Assembly (NCBI GenBank): GCA_951406725.2
Contig: OX597828.1
Location: 25,606,001-25,670,000, forward strand
Reading direction: 5' to 3'
Source: Octopus vulgaris
Taxonomy: Eukaryota
DNA length: 64,000 nucleotides
Part shown: positions 1-12,091 of the stretch, piece by piece
Layout of the letters: every line of letters starts with the position of its first letter
Numbering within the stretch: the stretch's first letter is position 1
The notes under the pieces: generated by a model
Database searches by the model: none
Told to the model about the DNA's origin: nothing
Seen by the model: only the letters and a program-made list of their open reading frames with translations
Program-made: the position numbers and the translations under genes

Positions 1-60
1 TGTATGTATGTATGTATGTATGTATGTATGTATGTATGTATGTATGTATGTATGAATGTT

Positions 61-92
<32 letters not shown>

Positions 93-221
93 TGTATGTA
101 TGTATGTATGTGTGTGTGTATGTATGTATGTATGTATGTATGTATGTATGTATGTATGTATGTATGTATGAATGTATGTATGTATGTATGTATGTATGTA
201 TGTATTTATGTATGTATGTAC

Positions 222-259
<38 letters not shown>

Positions 260-296
260 ATGTATATATGTATATATACACACACACACACACACG
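1..296. repeat. (TATG)n/(TG)n/(CA)n compound microsatellite
   Basis: Directly visible; produces the MYVC/HTYI ORFs. Confidence 0.97.
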
Positions 297-371
297 TAGA
301 GACAGAGAGACATACTGATTGATGGATAGATGGGAAAGAGAAAGAGGAAAACGGGGATGTGTGTGTGTGTT

Positions 372-468
372 AATGACGAAGGTGGTAATGGAGATGATGA
401 TAGCAATGGAAATTGTGATGATGATGACGATGATGATGATGATGAGGAGGAGGAGGAGGAGGATGATT

Positions 469-514
<46 letters not shown>

Positions 515-760
515 CGACGGTGATAATGGTGACGACAACGTCGACGAAGATAATGATAATAATAATGATGATAGTGAAGCGGTGTAGGTGGCTGATGATA
601 CTGATGTTGATGTTGTGGTGATGTTGGTGGTGACGACAATGCTGATGCTAGTGGCGTTTTTGATGCTGTTAAGTTAATGGTAATGCTGTTTAGATCTGGT
701 ACAATGAATGTAGTCATAGCGGTGCTGGTGGTGGTAGTGATGCTGAAGATGCTGGTGCTA
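372..760. repeat. (GAT)n/(GAG)n trinucleotide low-complexity tract
   Basis: Directly visible. Confidence 0.9.
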
Positions 761-764
761 GATA

Positions 765-1194
765 TACTCTTTTACTCTTTTACTTGTTTCAGTCATTTGA
801 CTGCGGCCATGCTGGAGCACCGACTTTAGTCGAGCAAATCGACCCCGGGACTTATTCTTTGTAAGCCCAGTACTTATTCTATCGGTCTCTTTTGCCTAAC
901 CGCTAGGTGACGGGGACGTAAACACACCAGCATCGGTTGTCAAGCAATGCTAGGGGGACAAACACACACACACAAACACACACACACAAACACACACACA
1001 TACACACATATATATATATCTACATATATACGACAGGCTTCTTTCAGTTTTCGTCTACCAAATCCACTCACAATGCATTGGTCGGCCCGGGGCTATAGCA
1101 GAAGACACTTGCTCAAGATGCCACGCAGTGGGACTGAACCCGGAACCATGTGGTTGGTTAGCAAGCTACTTACCACACAGTCACTCCTGCGCCT
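765..1194 (-). mobile_element. tRNA-derived SINE, family A, full length
   Basis: Minus strand begins GGCGCAGGAGTGACTGTGTGGTAAG..GGTTCAGTCCC (A/B boxes). It has an internal (TA)(TG) tract and a 3' GGCCGCAGTCAAATGACTGAAACAAGTAAAAGAG tail. Near-identical copies lie at 20.6k, 37.4k and 63.5k. Confidence 0.92.
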
Positions 1195-1595
1195 ATAAAG
1201 TGGTGATCCAGTAATGTCTTCCACGATAGTGGTGTTGTTGACATCGCTGGTTTAACCATTAATCAAAATAAGCACGTGATTAGGGCGTCGAGGGGAATGG
1301 TGGGAGGACACCACAGAAATGGTAAATGGCTTACGGCACAAAAGAAATCACTTTAAACCTACTTAAATAGTATTCGAAGTGGTCTGTATGATCGGAGGAA
1401 ATATTATTTCGAAGTGTTCATACTGAGGATCTAATCAAAGACTTTGCAATTAAAATAAAGTGGAAGAATACAAAATCAAACATTATCGTCCATCTTACTG
1501 ATAGATTTTTTTTTATTATTTCATTTTGAAAAATAAAAATCTATTTAACGGTTTATTGTTGTTGCTATTTTGAGGGAAGAAGAAATTCCGGGTCT

Positions 1596-1720
1596 AACAA
1601 CGTCAAGGACTGGCCAGGGCAAAACACCGTCACACTGCTACACATGACAGAGAACAGGGATTGGTGGCGATGGCTGACTGCAAAAGGGTCTAAGGCAGCA
1701 CCAATTAAGAGAACGTGATG
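1596..1720 (+). mobile_element. RTE-like LINE 3' remnant
   Basis: Translates NVKDWPGQNTVTLLHMTENRDWWR, resembling the RTE ORF C-terminus, followed by a (TGA)n tail. Confidence 0.45.
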
Positions 1721-2372
1721 ATGAAGATGACGATGATGATGATGATGATGATGATGATGACGACGACGATGATGACTATGAGATTATTTAAGACTCTATC
1801 ATTCAATGTGTTCTTTTAAAGACAGCAGGCTGTGGTTCGAGGGAAATTTGGCTGCAATCTCAAACAAGTGGACGCCATGGATAGATATGTGATGGTGATG
1901 GTGATGGTGGTGAGAGCGCTGATGACTATAATGGATGTGATAGCGGTGGTGTTTGCTGCAGAGGCGACGGCGTTGGTGGAGTTAGTGTAATGCCGGTGTT
2001 GATGTTGCCGCTTTGTTGGTAGTGGTGGTGAAAAACACGGCAGCCGGAAGTGCTGCCTTCCTTCGAAAACTGCCTGTCCTTTAACAAATACACTGACACG
2101 TGACGGAATGGCGTGGCTTATTAAAAGAAGGCTGCTTGCAGCGAAACTATTGTAGTTTCCTAACCTATAGCGACGTTGTTCTTAACCCTTTAACAATGGC
2201 CCAGCAGGAGTGGAGAACGTGACATCTTCAGTAGGGCTTCGCTTGTTACGTCAGAAGTGACAAATAGACAAGAAGGGGAACACAGCTAAATATGGGGATT
2301 AGCCATTTTGAAAAGTGCCAAGATTTTGCCACCGAGAAACGTTGCATACATGCAGACACACACACACACACA

Positions 2373-2431
<59 letters not shown>

Positions 2432-2770
2432 AAACACTCACGTACACATATGCAACAGAGTTTTAGGCAGTGATGGCTTCACAGCAATTGTGGTGCAACT
2501 AATGCGTGATTATTGATAATTGAAAAATGTACAAGAACATGTATGTATGTATTGTACGTATGTGTGTGTAAATATGTGTGTGTGTGCAAGTGTGCGTGTT
2601 TATGCAATGAAGCATTTATGGGTAAAATATATATGTATGTGTGTGTGTGTGTGTGTGTACACAACGTGTATGTGCATGTTTTATGAATTAATGCATTATA
2701 TTTTCCTTTTAGTTGTCATGATGTTCAAAATTATTGTTTTAGGAAATGCTTTGTTTATTGGTATATACGC

Positions 2771-2810
<40 letters not shown>

Positions 2811-3300
2811 ATATATATGTATGTATGTATGTATGTGTTCGTATATGTATATATATGTTTATTTATATATAATTATTTCTAGCCTACTCTATATATACAT
2901 TGCATGCAAATCACACAGACATATGTGTGTTTAATGTACATATATATGTGTGTGTATATACATATATATATATAATGTGTACGTGTATGCATGTATATAT
3001 ATATACACACACACACACATATATACATATATACATGCATACATATATATATATGTGTATATATATATATCACAATCAAGGAACGGCCATAATAGGCCAT
3101 TCACCCACTAGAAATAACAGCCAAAGCTTCAACCACAAAATAACATTAATTCCGCAAACCATTCCGTAATGGAATCGGCGGCTTATATTTATTTGCTGCC
3201 GATAAATTTGGCGCGAGTGCGATGATTTGAAAATTTTAGGTCAGATATTGCCGAGGCAGGGACAGAAGTGCCTCGTGAAAATATCTGTTCCGATCTGGCT

Positions 3301-3407
3301 ATTTCTTACTGACGATTCTAAAGGCCTATGGAAGATTGCCTTGATTTAATTTAATCAGGTTAGTTTACCATTAAACAATAGATGAAACGGTGCATCGTAT
3401 AAGAAAT
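3301..3407 (+). ncRNA. Type I hammerhead ribozyme, copy 1
   Basis: Stem I ATTTCTTA/TAAGAAAT, core CTGACGA, stem II TTCTA/TAGAT (first pair mismatched), GAAA, stem III ACGG-tgca-TCGT, GUA cleavage triplet at 3397-3399. Confidence 0.8.
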
Positions 3408-3788
3408 TACAGGGTAAATGTTTTTTTAATTTTCTCCTGGTTTGCGGAATTAATGTTATTTTGCGGTTGAAGCTTTGGCTGTTATTTCTAGTGGGTGAAT
3501 GGCCTATTATGGCCGTTCCTTGATTGTGATGTTGAACTTATAAATGGTCTATGACTATTTAATTTTTTCCCACTAGGCCGCTGGTGGCAAAAAAATTCTA
3601 CAAAATTTTTTGCCACCCTATATTGATTAATTATGAATTTTCTGGTTAATTCCGTAATGGAATCGGCGGCTTATATTTATTTGCTGCCGATAAATTTGGC
3701 GCGAGTGCGATGATTTGAAAATTTTAGGTCAGATATTGCCGAGGCAGGGACAGAAGTGCCTCGTGAAAATATCTGTTCCGATCTGGCT

Positions 3789-3895
3789 ATTTCTTACTGA
3801 CGAATCTAAGGGCCTATGGAAGATTGGCTTGATTTAATTTAATCAGGTTAGTTTACCATTAAACAATAGATGAAACGGTGCATCGTATAAGAAAT
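3789..3895 (+). ncRNA. Type I hammerhead ribozyme, copy 2
   Basis: As copy 1, with a perfect stem II ATCTA/TAGAT. Confidence 0.85.
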
Positions 3896-4276
3896 TACAG
3901 GGTAAATGTTTTTTTAATTTTCTCCTGGTTTGCGGAATTAATGTTATTTTGCGGTTGAAGCTTTGGCTGTTATTTCTAGTGGGTGAATGGCCTATTATGG
4001 CCGTTCCTTGATTGTGATGTTGAACTTATAAATGGTCTACGACTATTTAATTTTTTCCCACTAGGCCGCTGGTGGCAAAAAAATTCTACAAAATTTTTTG
4101 CCACCCTATATTGATTAATTATGAATTTTCTGGTTAATTCCGTAATGGAATCGGCGGCTTATATTTATTTGCTGCCGATAAATTTGGCGCGAGTGCGATG
4201 ATTTGAAAATTTTAGGTAAGATATTGCCGAGGCAGGGACAGAAGTGCCTCGTGAAAATATCTGTTCCGATCTGGCT

Positions 4277-4383
4277 ATTTCTTACTGACGAATCTAAGGG
4301 CCTATGGAAGATTGGCTTGATTTAATTTAATCAGGTTAGTTTACCATTAAACAATAGATGAAACGGTGCATCGTATAAGAAAT
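4277..4383 (+). ncRNA. Type I hammerhead ribozyme, copy 3
   Basis: Same motif as copy 2. Confidence 0.85.
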
Positions 4384-4611
4384 TACAGGGTAAATGTTTT
4401 TTTAATTTTCTCCTGGTTTGCGGAATTAATGTTATTTTGCGGTTGAAGCTTTGGCTGTTATTTCTAGTGGGTGAATGGCCTATTATGGCCGTTCCTTGAT
4501 TGTGATGTTGAACTTATAAATGGTCTATGACTATTTAATTTTTTCCCACTAGGCCGCTGGTGGCAAAAAAATTCTACAAAATTTTTTGCCACCCTATATT
4601 GATTAATTATG

Positions 4612-4643
<32 letters not shown>

Positions 4644-5156
4644 TTCATACATACTTCAAGTTTTCTTCTAGTACGTTTCAAGTTTATAACACCTTAATAT
4701 CTCATCTTTTCTCAATTTTTATGCGTAAGATATTTTTTCTTTTCTTTTCTTTTCTGGTTTTTATATATCTCTTTATTTTAATACTTTATATTTGTATAAT
4801 TTATTTCAACCGACACATAAAAATGGATTTTGCCCAGTTCTGGAAAAATCTTATTACGATCCTTGTACGAACAAAAGAACAAAAATGTCCTCCGGACATT
4901 CTTATCTTCCACCGGTGGTGTCAGGTTTTCTTTCGTGTTTGTAATCGATGGTGACATGTACGCTAATTTTGCGACAGCTGAAGAAATGCGACGATTATCG
5001 TATCTTTTACAGAGAAACTTGAAGCCCCGAATGTAAGCCTCCACATTATTATGTATAATTCAATAATTATACTCCTCTATTTCTAACGATATTGAGGTCT
5101 ACCTCAATATCGTCACACGCGGTTTGTCAACACACACATACACACACGCTCACATA

Positions 5157-5193
<37 letters not shown>

Positions 5194-5391
5194 CCAGCAA
5201 CATCATTTTCGTCATTCTTCGACTACAATATTTTACAACCAAACATCTTCCGCTACATCACGTGACTTTCGTAATCAATCATGTTGCAATGACCGGATGA
5301 TCAAGGGTGAAATATAAAATTCTGCTCAGTTGGATTAGAACTTCGATCGCAGAGTCCCGAAATGTTTTCTATTCGATTTTGCTAGTCCTCT

Positions 5392-5422
<31 letters not shown>

Positions 5423-5920
5423 GTCTGTCTGTCTGTCTGTCTGTTTCTCTATCCCTCTATTTTCTCTTTCTTTCTATCTATGTTGTGTGCATATATATAA
5501 ATATGTATGTGTGAATGTGTGTGTATGTGGGTGTGAATGAGATTTGTGTGTGTGTGAGTGTGTGTGTGTGTATGTGTGTGTGTATGTGTGTCTGTGTGTG
5601 TGTTTGTGTGTGTGAGTTAGAAGTAGCGCGATTGTTGTAAACATTATTGAACATAAATGCACAAGTGCTTTGCTAGTTCGCCGGTCAACTGCGATTTGAC
5701 GCGAAGGAGATGACTCTCTCAAAGCACCGGGTGTTAAAACAGCTGAAAGTCATGTTCATAAACAGGCGAGATAGCTCATCCCAAATCCCCTTCAGGAGCG
5801 ATGGACATCGATGTTTCACCATTTTGGGGGCTTTGCAACATCACAAACCTGAACCGAACTGGAGGCAAATTAAATACTGTGTCAATGACTATATGTAAAA
5901 TAGTGTAAGAACCATTTGCA

Positions 5921-6160
5921 TTGGCATATTTCGGTCATGTTATGCGGAGAAAATCCCTGGAGAAGGACAGCATGCTCGGAATGGTCAGTAGCAAGAGAGG
6001 AAGAGGCCGACCAAGAACCCGCTGGCTTGACACCATCAAGAGTGATACCGGAATGGACATAGCCAATCTGAAAGAAGCGGCCCAGGATAGAACTGACTGG
6101 AGGACACTTATCCAACGAGTAACCAAGAGTCGACTTCGACTGAGCGGATAGATAGATAGT
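5921..6160 (+). mobile_element. RTE-clade LINE 3' fragment (RT C-terminus)
   Basis: YFGHVMRR..SLEKDSMLG....KRGRGRPRTRWLD...AAQDRTDWR motif, then a (GATA)n tail. Confidence 0.88.
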
Positions 6161-6387
6161 AAGAACCATCTGTTGGTATTCCCCAACGATGCATGTGAAG
6201 GAATAACTTCAAATAGGATTTAGAAGCAGTGTCAATGTTCTGAACATTATCGAACGCATGGTCTTCCTGAGTTTTCAAGTTGTCGAATAAATTCGAGTCT
6301 TCTGGTGGACTCAGAGCGTTGGGAATACTTTTTGCGTTTCCATATTTTCTACCTGAAGCTTCTAATTCCTTGCGAACATTGTGTGTA

Positions 6388-6449
<62 letters not shown>

Positions 6450-6460
6450 CGTGTGTGTGT

Positions 6461-6772
6461 GTGTGGTTTAGAGATTAGGGCATTCGGCTCACGATCGTAA
6501 GGCTGTGAGTTCGATTCCCAGCGACGCGTTGTGTCCTTGAACGAGAGATTTTATTTCACGTTGCTCCAGTCCACTCAACTGGCAAAAGTGAGTCGTACCT
6601 GTATTTCAAAGAGCCAGCCTTGTCACACTCTGTGTCACGCTGAATCTCCCTGAGAATTAATTCATGGGTACACGTGTCTGTGGTGTGCTCAGCCACTTGC
6701 ACGCTAATTTCACGAGCAAGCTGTTCCGTTGCTCAGGTGGGACCCTCGTCGTCGTAACCGACGGAGTGCTCC
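6461..6772 (+). mobile_element. tRNA-derived SINE, family C
   Basis: Head TTAGGGCATTCGGCTCACGATCGTAAGG..GAGTTCGATTCCC; matches the 54991-55308 copy along its length. Confidence 0.85.
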
Positions 6773-7060
6773 TATACATACATACATTTGTGTATGTGTA
6801 CATAAATGCATGTAATTATGAATGAAAGACGGGAAAGGCGCAAAGTAAAACAGCTTTAAGTTTTATAAGAACAAAAAAATATTTCACTGAAGCAAATTTA
6901 AAGAATGAATTATATTAATAAGTTGTTTTTTTAAAGAAAGAAAAATTAATATTATGCAACATAAGCCATTAGGATTTATTTTATAAATACTGTTTGAATG
7001 GTTTGTTATGTATGTATGTATGTATGTATGTATGTATGTATGTATGTATGTATGTATGCA

Positions 7061-7091
<31 letters not shown>

Positions 7092-7112
7092 ATGTATGTA
7101 TCTATCTATCTA

Positions 7113-8010
<898 letters not shown>

Positions 8011-8319
8011 ACTGTACCATCTATGATGTCTATCTGCTCCCTCAGCCCTACCCCTAACAGATACTGCCCTCTCTTCTCTCAGCCTTAGATATAAAAGGAA
8101 TTTGATAAACTAGTCTATAAATTAAAACTGACCCCATAAAAACAAAAAATCAGCGACAGGCAGAGTCTGTAACAATGTATTACTTCTTGAAAATTCAGTA
8201 ACTTCTAAACTGGAGTGAGGCAGCATGTTCTTTGTCTATCTCCTTAAATTCTTGGAGATTTTAGGTATAATTATACTAATGTGTCCATCTGTTCTACTTT
8301 AATTAAATTTTATGTCTTT

Positions 8320-8408
8320 GTGTAGCTGAAGATTGCTCTGCATTTTAAATTGATGTAATGATTGCGTTGTTCAATTAAATTGAGTTGTATGAAACGATCG
8401 TACTGCAT
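8320..8408 (+). ncRNA. Type I hammerhead ribozyme with long stem II
   Basis: Stem I TGTAG/CTGCA, core CTGAAGA (8326-8332), long hairpin in stem II, GAAA (8391), palindromic stem III ACGATCGT, GUA triplet. Confidence 0.72.
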
Positions 8409-8456
8409 TACCTCTGGATATCCTTGTTGTTTATTTTGATATATATATATATATCT

Positions 8457-8661
8457 CCATGATAGATCGTTAGCCACTACACACATTTTTTCTCTCCTTT
8501 TTTCTCTCCTTGTTTCTCTCCTTGTTTTTTCTGTGTCCCTTTCTGTAGAAAAGCGTAGGCTCGAAACGTAAAAGACTTTTTCTATTCCTGAGCGTTATAC
8601 TAATACATCTGTTTGTTTTGTACACCACCTGTCTTCGTCTTTTGTTTTTTTCATAAACTCT

Positions 8662-8664
<3 letters not shown>
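8457..8664 (+). mobile_element. Penelope-like pLTR fragment with minimal HHR (8539-8574, A6U core)
   Basis: CTTT-CTGTAGA-A-AAGC gtag GCTC-GAAA-CGT-A-AAAG. Flanked by (TA)n and homologous to the 58.6k and 62.3k inserts. Confidence 0.7.
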
Positions 8665-8726
<62 letters not shown>

Positions 8727-8727
8727 T

Positions 8728-8764
<37 letters not shown>

Positions 8765-8767
<3 letters not shown>

Positions 8768-9322
8768 CTTGAGGCGATCCAACGAAGCTACACGAAGAAG
8801 ATAGCCTTTGTGCAGCATATAAGCTACTGGGAAAGACTCAAGAGATTAAAACTCTATTCCTTGGAGTGTAGGCGAGAAAGATATGCCATAATATACATCT
8901 GGAAGATCCTGGAAGGACTTGTCCCAAACTTTGGCATCGAGAGTTACACAAATGCCAGAACTGGCCGCCACTGCGTGGTGCCAAGGACTCCAAATTTGCC
9001 ATCAAGATGTAGGACAAGATACTGTGATAGCCTGGGCTTCAGAGGCCTACAGGTCTTCAATATCCTCCCGAAGAACCTGAGGGACCTGCATGGGGTGGAT
9101 GCGGATGTCTTTAAAGTAGGACTGGATCTCTTCCTGTCAGGTGTCCCGGATGAATCAACTTCACGGCTGGAGGTGCAGATGAGGGCAGCTGCATCGAACT
9201 CTCTCATGCACCAAATGGCAGTTGCTAAAAAGCATTCGTGAAGTAAAATCATGTAGCAACACCAAATGGCGGTGCCCCAGCATGGCCACAGCTCGTGAGC
9301 TGAAACTAGACAAAATAAAAGA
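8765..9322 (+). mobile_element. CR1-like LINE 3' fragment (RT C-terminus plus 3' UTR)
   Basis: ELEAIQRSYTKKI..SYWERLKRLKLYSLECRRER..IYIWKILEGLVPN..FKVGLDLFLSGVPDE. The 3' UTR has the stem-loop CAGCTC-gt-GAGCTG. Flanked by (TA)n. Confidence 0.88.
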
Positions 9323-9323
9323 A

Positions 9324-9426
<103 letters not shown>

Positions 9427-9453
9427 GAGGGAGAGAGAGATAGACAGATAGAC

Positions 9454-9517
<64 letters not shown>

Positions 9518-9779
9518 TAATGCTCGTAACTACTTCAACATGGCTGTCCGTTCGAACGGACTTTACTGCGATTTTTTAAACTCTAAGTGAACATCTCCTC
9601 CAGCTTGTTAACGATGCACCGCTGCATCCGAGATATTGCGAGCAAGAGACCAAACCCCTGTCACCTTCTAGTGACGGAACCAGCAGACCAACCTGATTTC
9701 GGGTTATTTCTGCCATTTTTTCATCTTTTTCAACACACTCTAAAATATTATGCAAACATCTCGTTCTTGCTTTACTCCT

Positions 9780-9895
9780 AGATCTTCCGCCAGATGACTC
9801 TGCTTGAAGAATCCATCTTGCAATTCTGTGACATTATAATTACAGATCCGTAATACCGCAGCTGTGACCTCTTGATACGGATAAGTTGCAGTTCA
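9780..9895 (-). mobile_element. Decayed RTE-like LINE fragment
   Basis: LQLIRIKRSQLRYYGSVIIM resembles the QLR[WY]xGHVxRM motif. Confidence 0.5.
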
Positions 9896-10338
9896 GCACC
9901 CTTTTGCGTAACGTTAGCCCCATGAGCCATCAGAGGGACTCCATTTTGACCACTTGTATTTGCGACCATGCCCTTTCGCAAATTGCCCCAAATTTAAGAC
10001 CATAGATGAGGATAGGCAGGAAAAGGCAATTGAAAAGCGTTTAACTTTTGTAAGAATCTTTCTTCTTCTGAGGATCGAATGCGGAAGCAGGCGCATAACT
10101 GTGCAAGCATCTACAATTCTAGCAGTGTTTATTATAACTTATAATATCATATTATGCAATATAACATAATATGCATCCGGTCGGGGTGGATGACTCGAAA
10201 TGTATTTTTTCTCCATCACTTTTCGTACGTGGGTCGTGTAGGTCCATATTATTAAATTTTCTCAAATATATGAATTACCCTTCTCTAAAATATCTACATT
10301 AATTTTATATCTTCTGATCTACGTTGTCTTGTACATGC

Positions 10339-10380
<42 letters not shown>

Positions 10381-10384
<4 letters not shown>

Positions 10385-10692
10385 CAGCGTGGAAGGTGTT
10401 TGTAAGCCATTTAAGAAACACACAAAAGCCGTTCGATTCACTTCAACATTTAAGTTTAATTTGTCAAAATATTTTCGTCGCTTTAAGAACGTGACCTGTT
10501 CACTGACAAAAATCCGTAGGTCGCAGTCTTAAAGCGACGAAAATATTTGACAAATTAAACTTAAATGTTGAAGTGAATCGAACGGCTTTTGTGTGTTTCT
10601 TAAATGGCTTACAAACACCTTCCACGCCGCAATTGTTTTCGTTTCAGCACACGATCTCAGATCAAATCACTTGCTATGCAAGTACATCTCCG

Positions 10693-10695
<3 letters not shown>
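10381..10695. mobile_element. Fold-back (inverted pLTR-like) element with HHR variant
   Basis: 10381-10497 is the reverse complement of 10518-10633. Flanked by (TA)n on both sides. Confidence 0.75.
10460..10510 (-). ncRNA. Minimal type I HHR, G3:C8 core variant
   Basis: Minus strand TTTGTCA-GTGAACA-G-GTCAC..GCGAC-GAAA-ATATT-T-TGACAAA, with a 7-bp stem I and palindromic AATATT stem III. Confidence 0.6.
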
Positions 10696-10727
<32 letters not shown>

Positions 10728-10870
10728 TATATATAAATATATATATATATGTTGCTTTTACCTTTTAATTATTATAAATCTTCCGCTGAGGAGGGAACTG
10801 GTTTCCAACAAAGATACAAGGCTCCATCTTTGGGATGTAGTTAACACATGTATGTATATATGTATGTATG

Positions 10871-10904
<34 letters not shown>

Positions 10905-10974
10905 TATATGTATGTATATTCAAATGTGTGTGTGTAAGTGTGTGTGTACGTACGTGCATGTATGTCTTTTTTTC

Positions 10975-11162
10975 TGTGTTTGACCCCACGACCGTTGGAC
11001 AACCGATGTTGACTTCTTTACGCCCGCTAAATTTTCGAAGAGAAACCGATAGAATATCAAGATTAAAGAAACAAGTACCGTTCGAACTTGTTCGACATAA
11101 GCCTTCAGAGCAGTGCTCCAGTTTGACTGCAATGCAATGGTTTGAACCAGTGAAACATTAAA
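10975..11162 (+). mobile_element. SINE family A, diverged 3' fragment
   Basis: TTGGACAACCGATGTT..GAAACCGATAGAATA..GTGCTCCAG..GAAACA similarity. Confidence 0.65.
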
Positions 11163-11277
11163 AACTACACACATATACACACACACACATATACATACAA
11201 CAGCTGTGAATACACGCGCTCGCGAACGCACACACACGTGTACATACATATACATTCACACACACATACACACACAT

Positions 11278-11339
<62 letters not shown>

Positions 11340-11723
11340 ATCTGTATACCTCTTCACAAATATACACACAAACACAACATTAATACTAATAACAACAATA
11401 ACGATGCTGATCTAAAGTGAAATAAAATAGAAACGCAAAACAAAACCGAATGCGTCGAGTTCCAACTAAAAATCTTTCCTTCTACTCGAGTCTCTGAAAG
11501 TTTTATGCAACTTTCTTATCTGCAAGTCACAGTTTCCATTTATTGCACCAATAAATTTCACAGCCAACACATCAGCTGCTGACAACTTGCAAATACTCGC
11601 TAACCCATCATTTCATCCAACGATTCTACATGGCTTTCTAACTACGACTCTGCACGCTTTAATATGCCTTCCGTTTATCTATGATACATACACACACACA
11701 CACACACAAACATATACATACAG

Positions 11724-11754
<31 letters not shown>

Positions 11755-11818
11755 TGTATGTATGTATATATACACATATATATATATATATTTGTGTGTG
11801 TATGGGTGTCTATGTATC

Positions 11819-11863
<45 letters not shown>

Positions 11864-12021
11864 ATATGGGGGTGTACGTGGTGTGTATGTGAGTGTGCCT
11901 GTGTGTCTGAATGTGTATGTAGGTATACATATATACTGAATATATTATAAATAGATATATTTATATTTATAAATACACATGTATATGCATATGTGTGTAT
12001 GTCTGTATATATGTATATATG

Positions 12022-12091
<70 letters not shown>

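Larger units (their letters stand above)
3069..4611 (+). mobile_element. Retrozyme / Penelope-type pseudo-LTR tandem array: about 3 x 488 bp plus inverted 5' segment
   Basis: Units start ATTCCGTAATGG at 3161, 3649 and 4137. 3069-3161 is the reverse complement of 3438-3530. Each unit has an HHR, and both ends abut (TA)n. Confidence 0.85.

Noticed and set aside
4974-5036. CTGAAGA followed by a hairpin and GAAAC
   Set aside because: GAAA is not adjacent to stem II, and there is no UH triplet or stem I partner.
10796-10802. Isolated CTGANGA heptamers (also about 7782, 50990 and 58225)
   Set aside because: They have no downstream stem II-GAAA-stem III geometry and are expected by chance.
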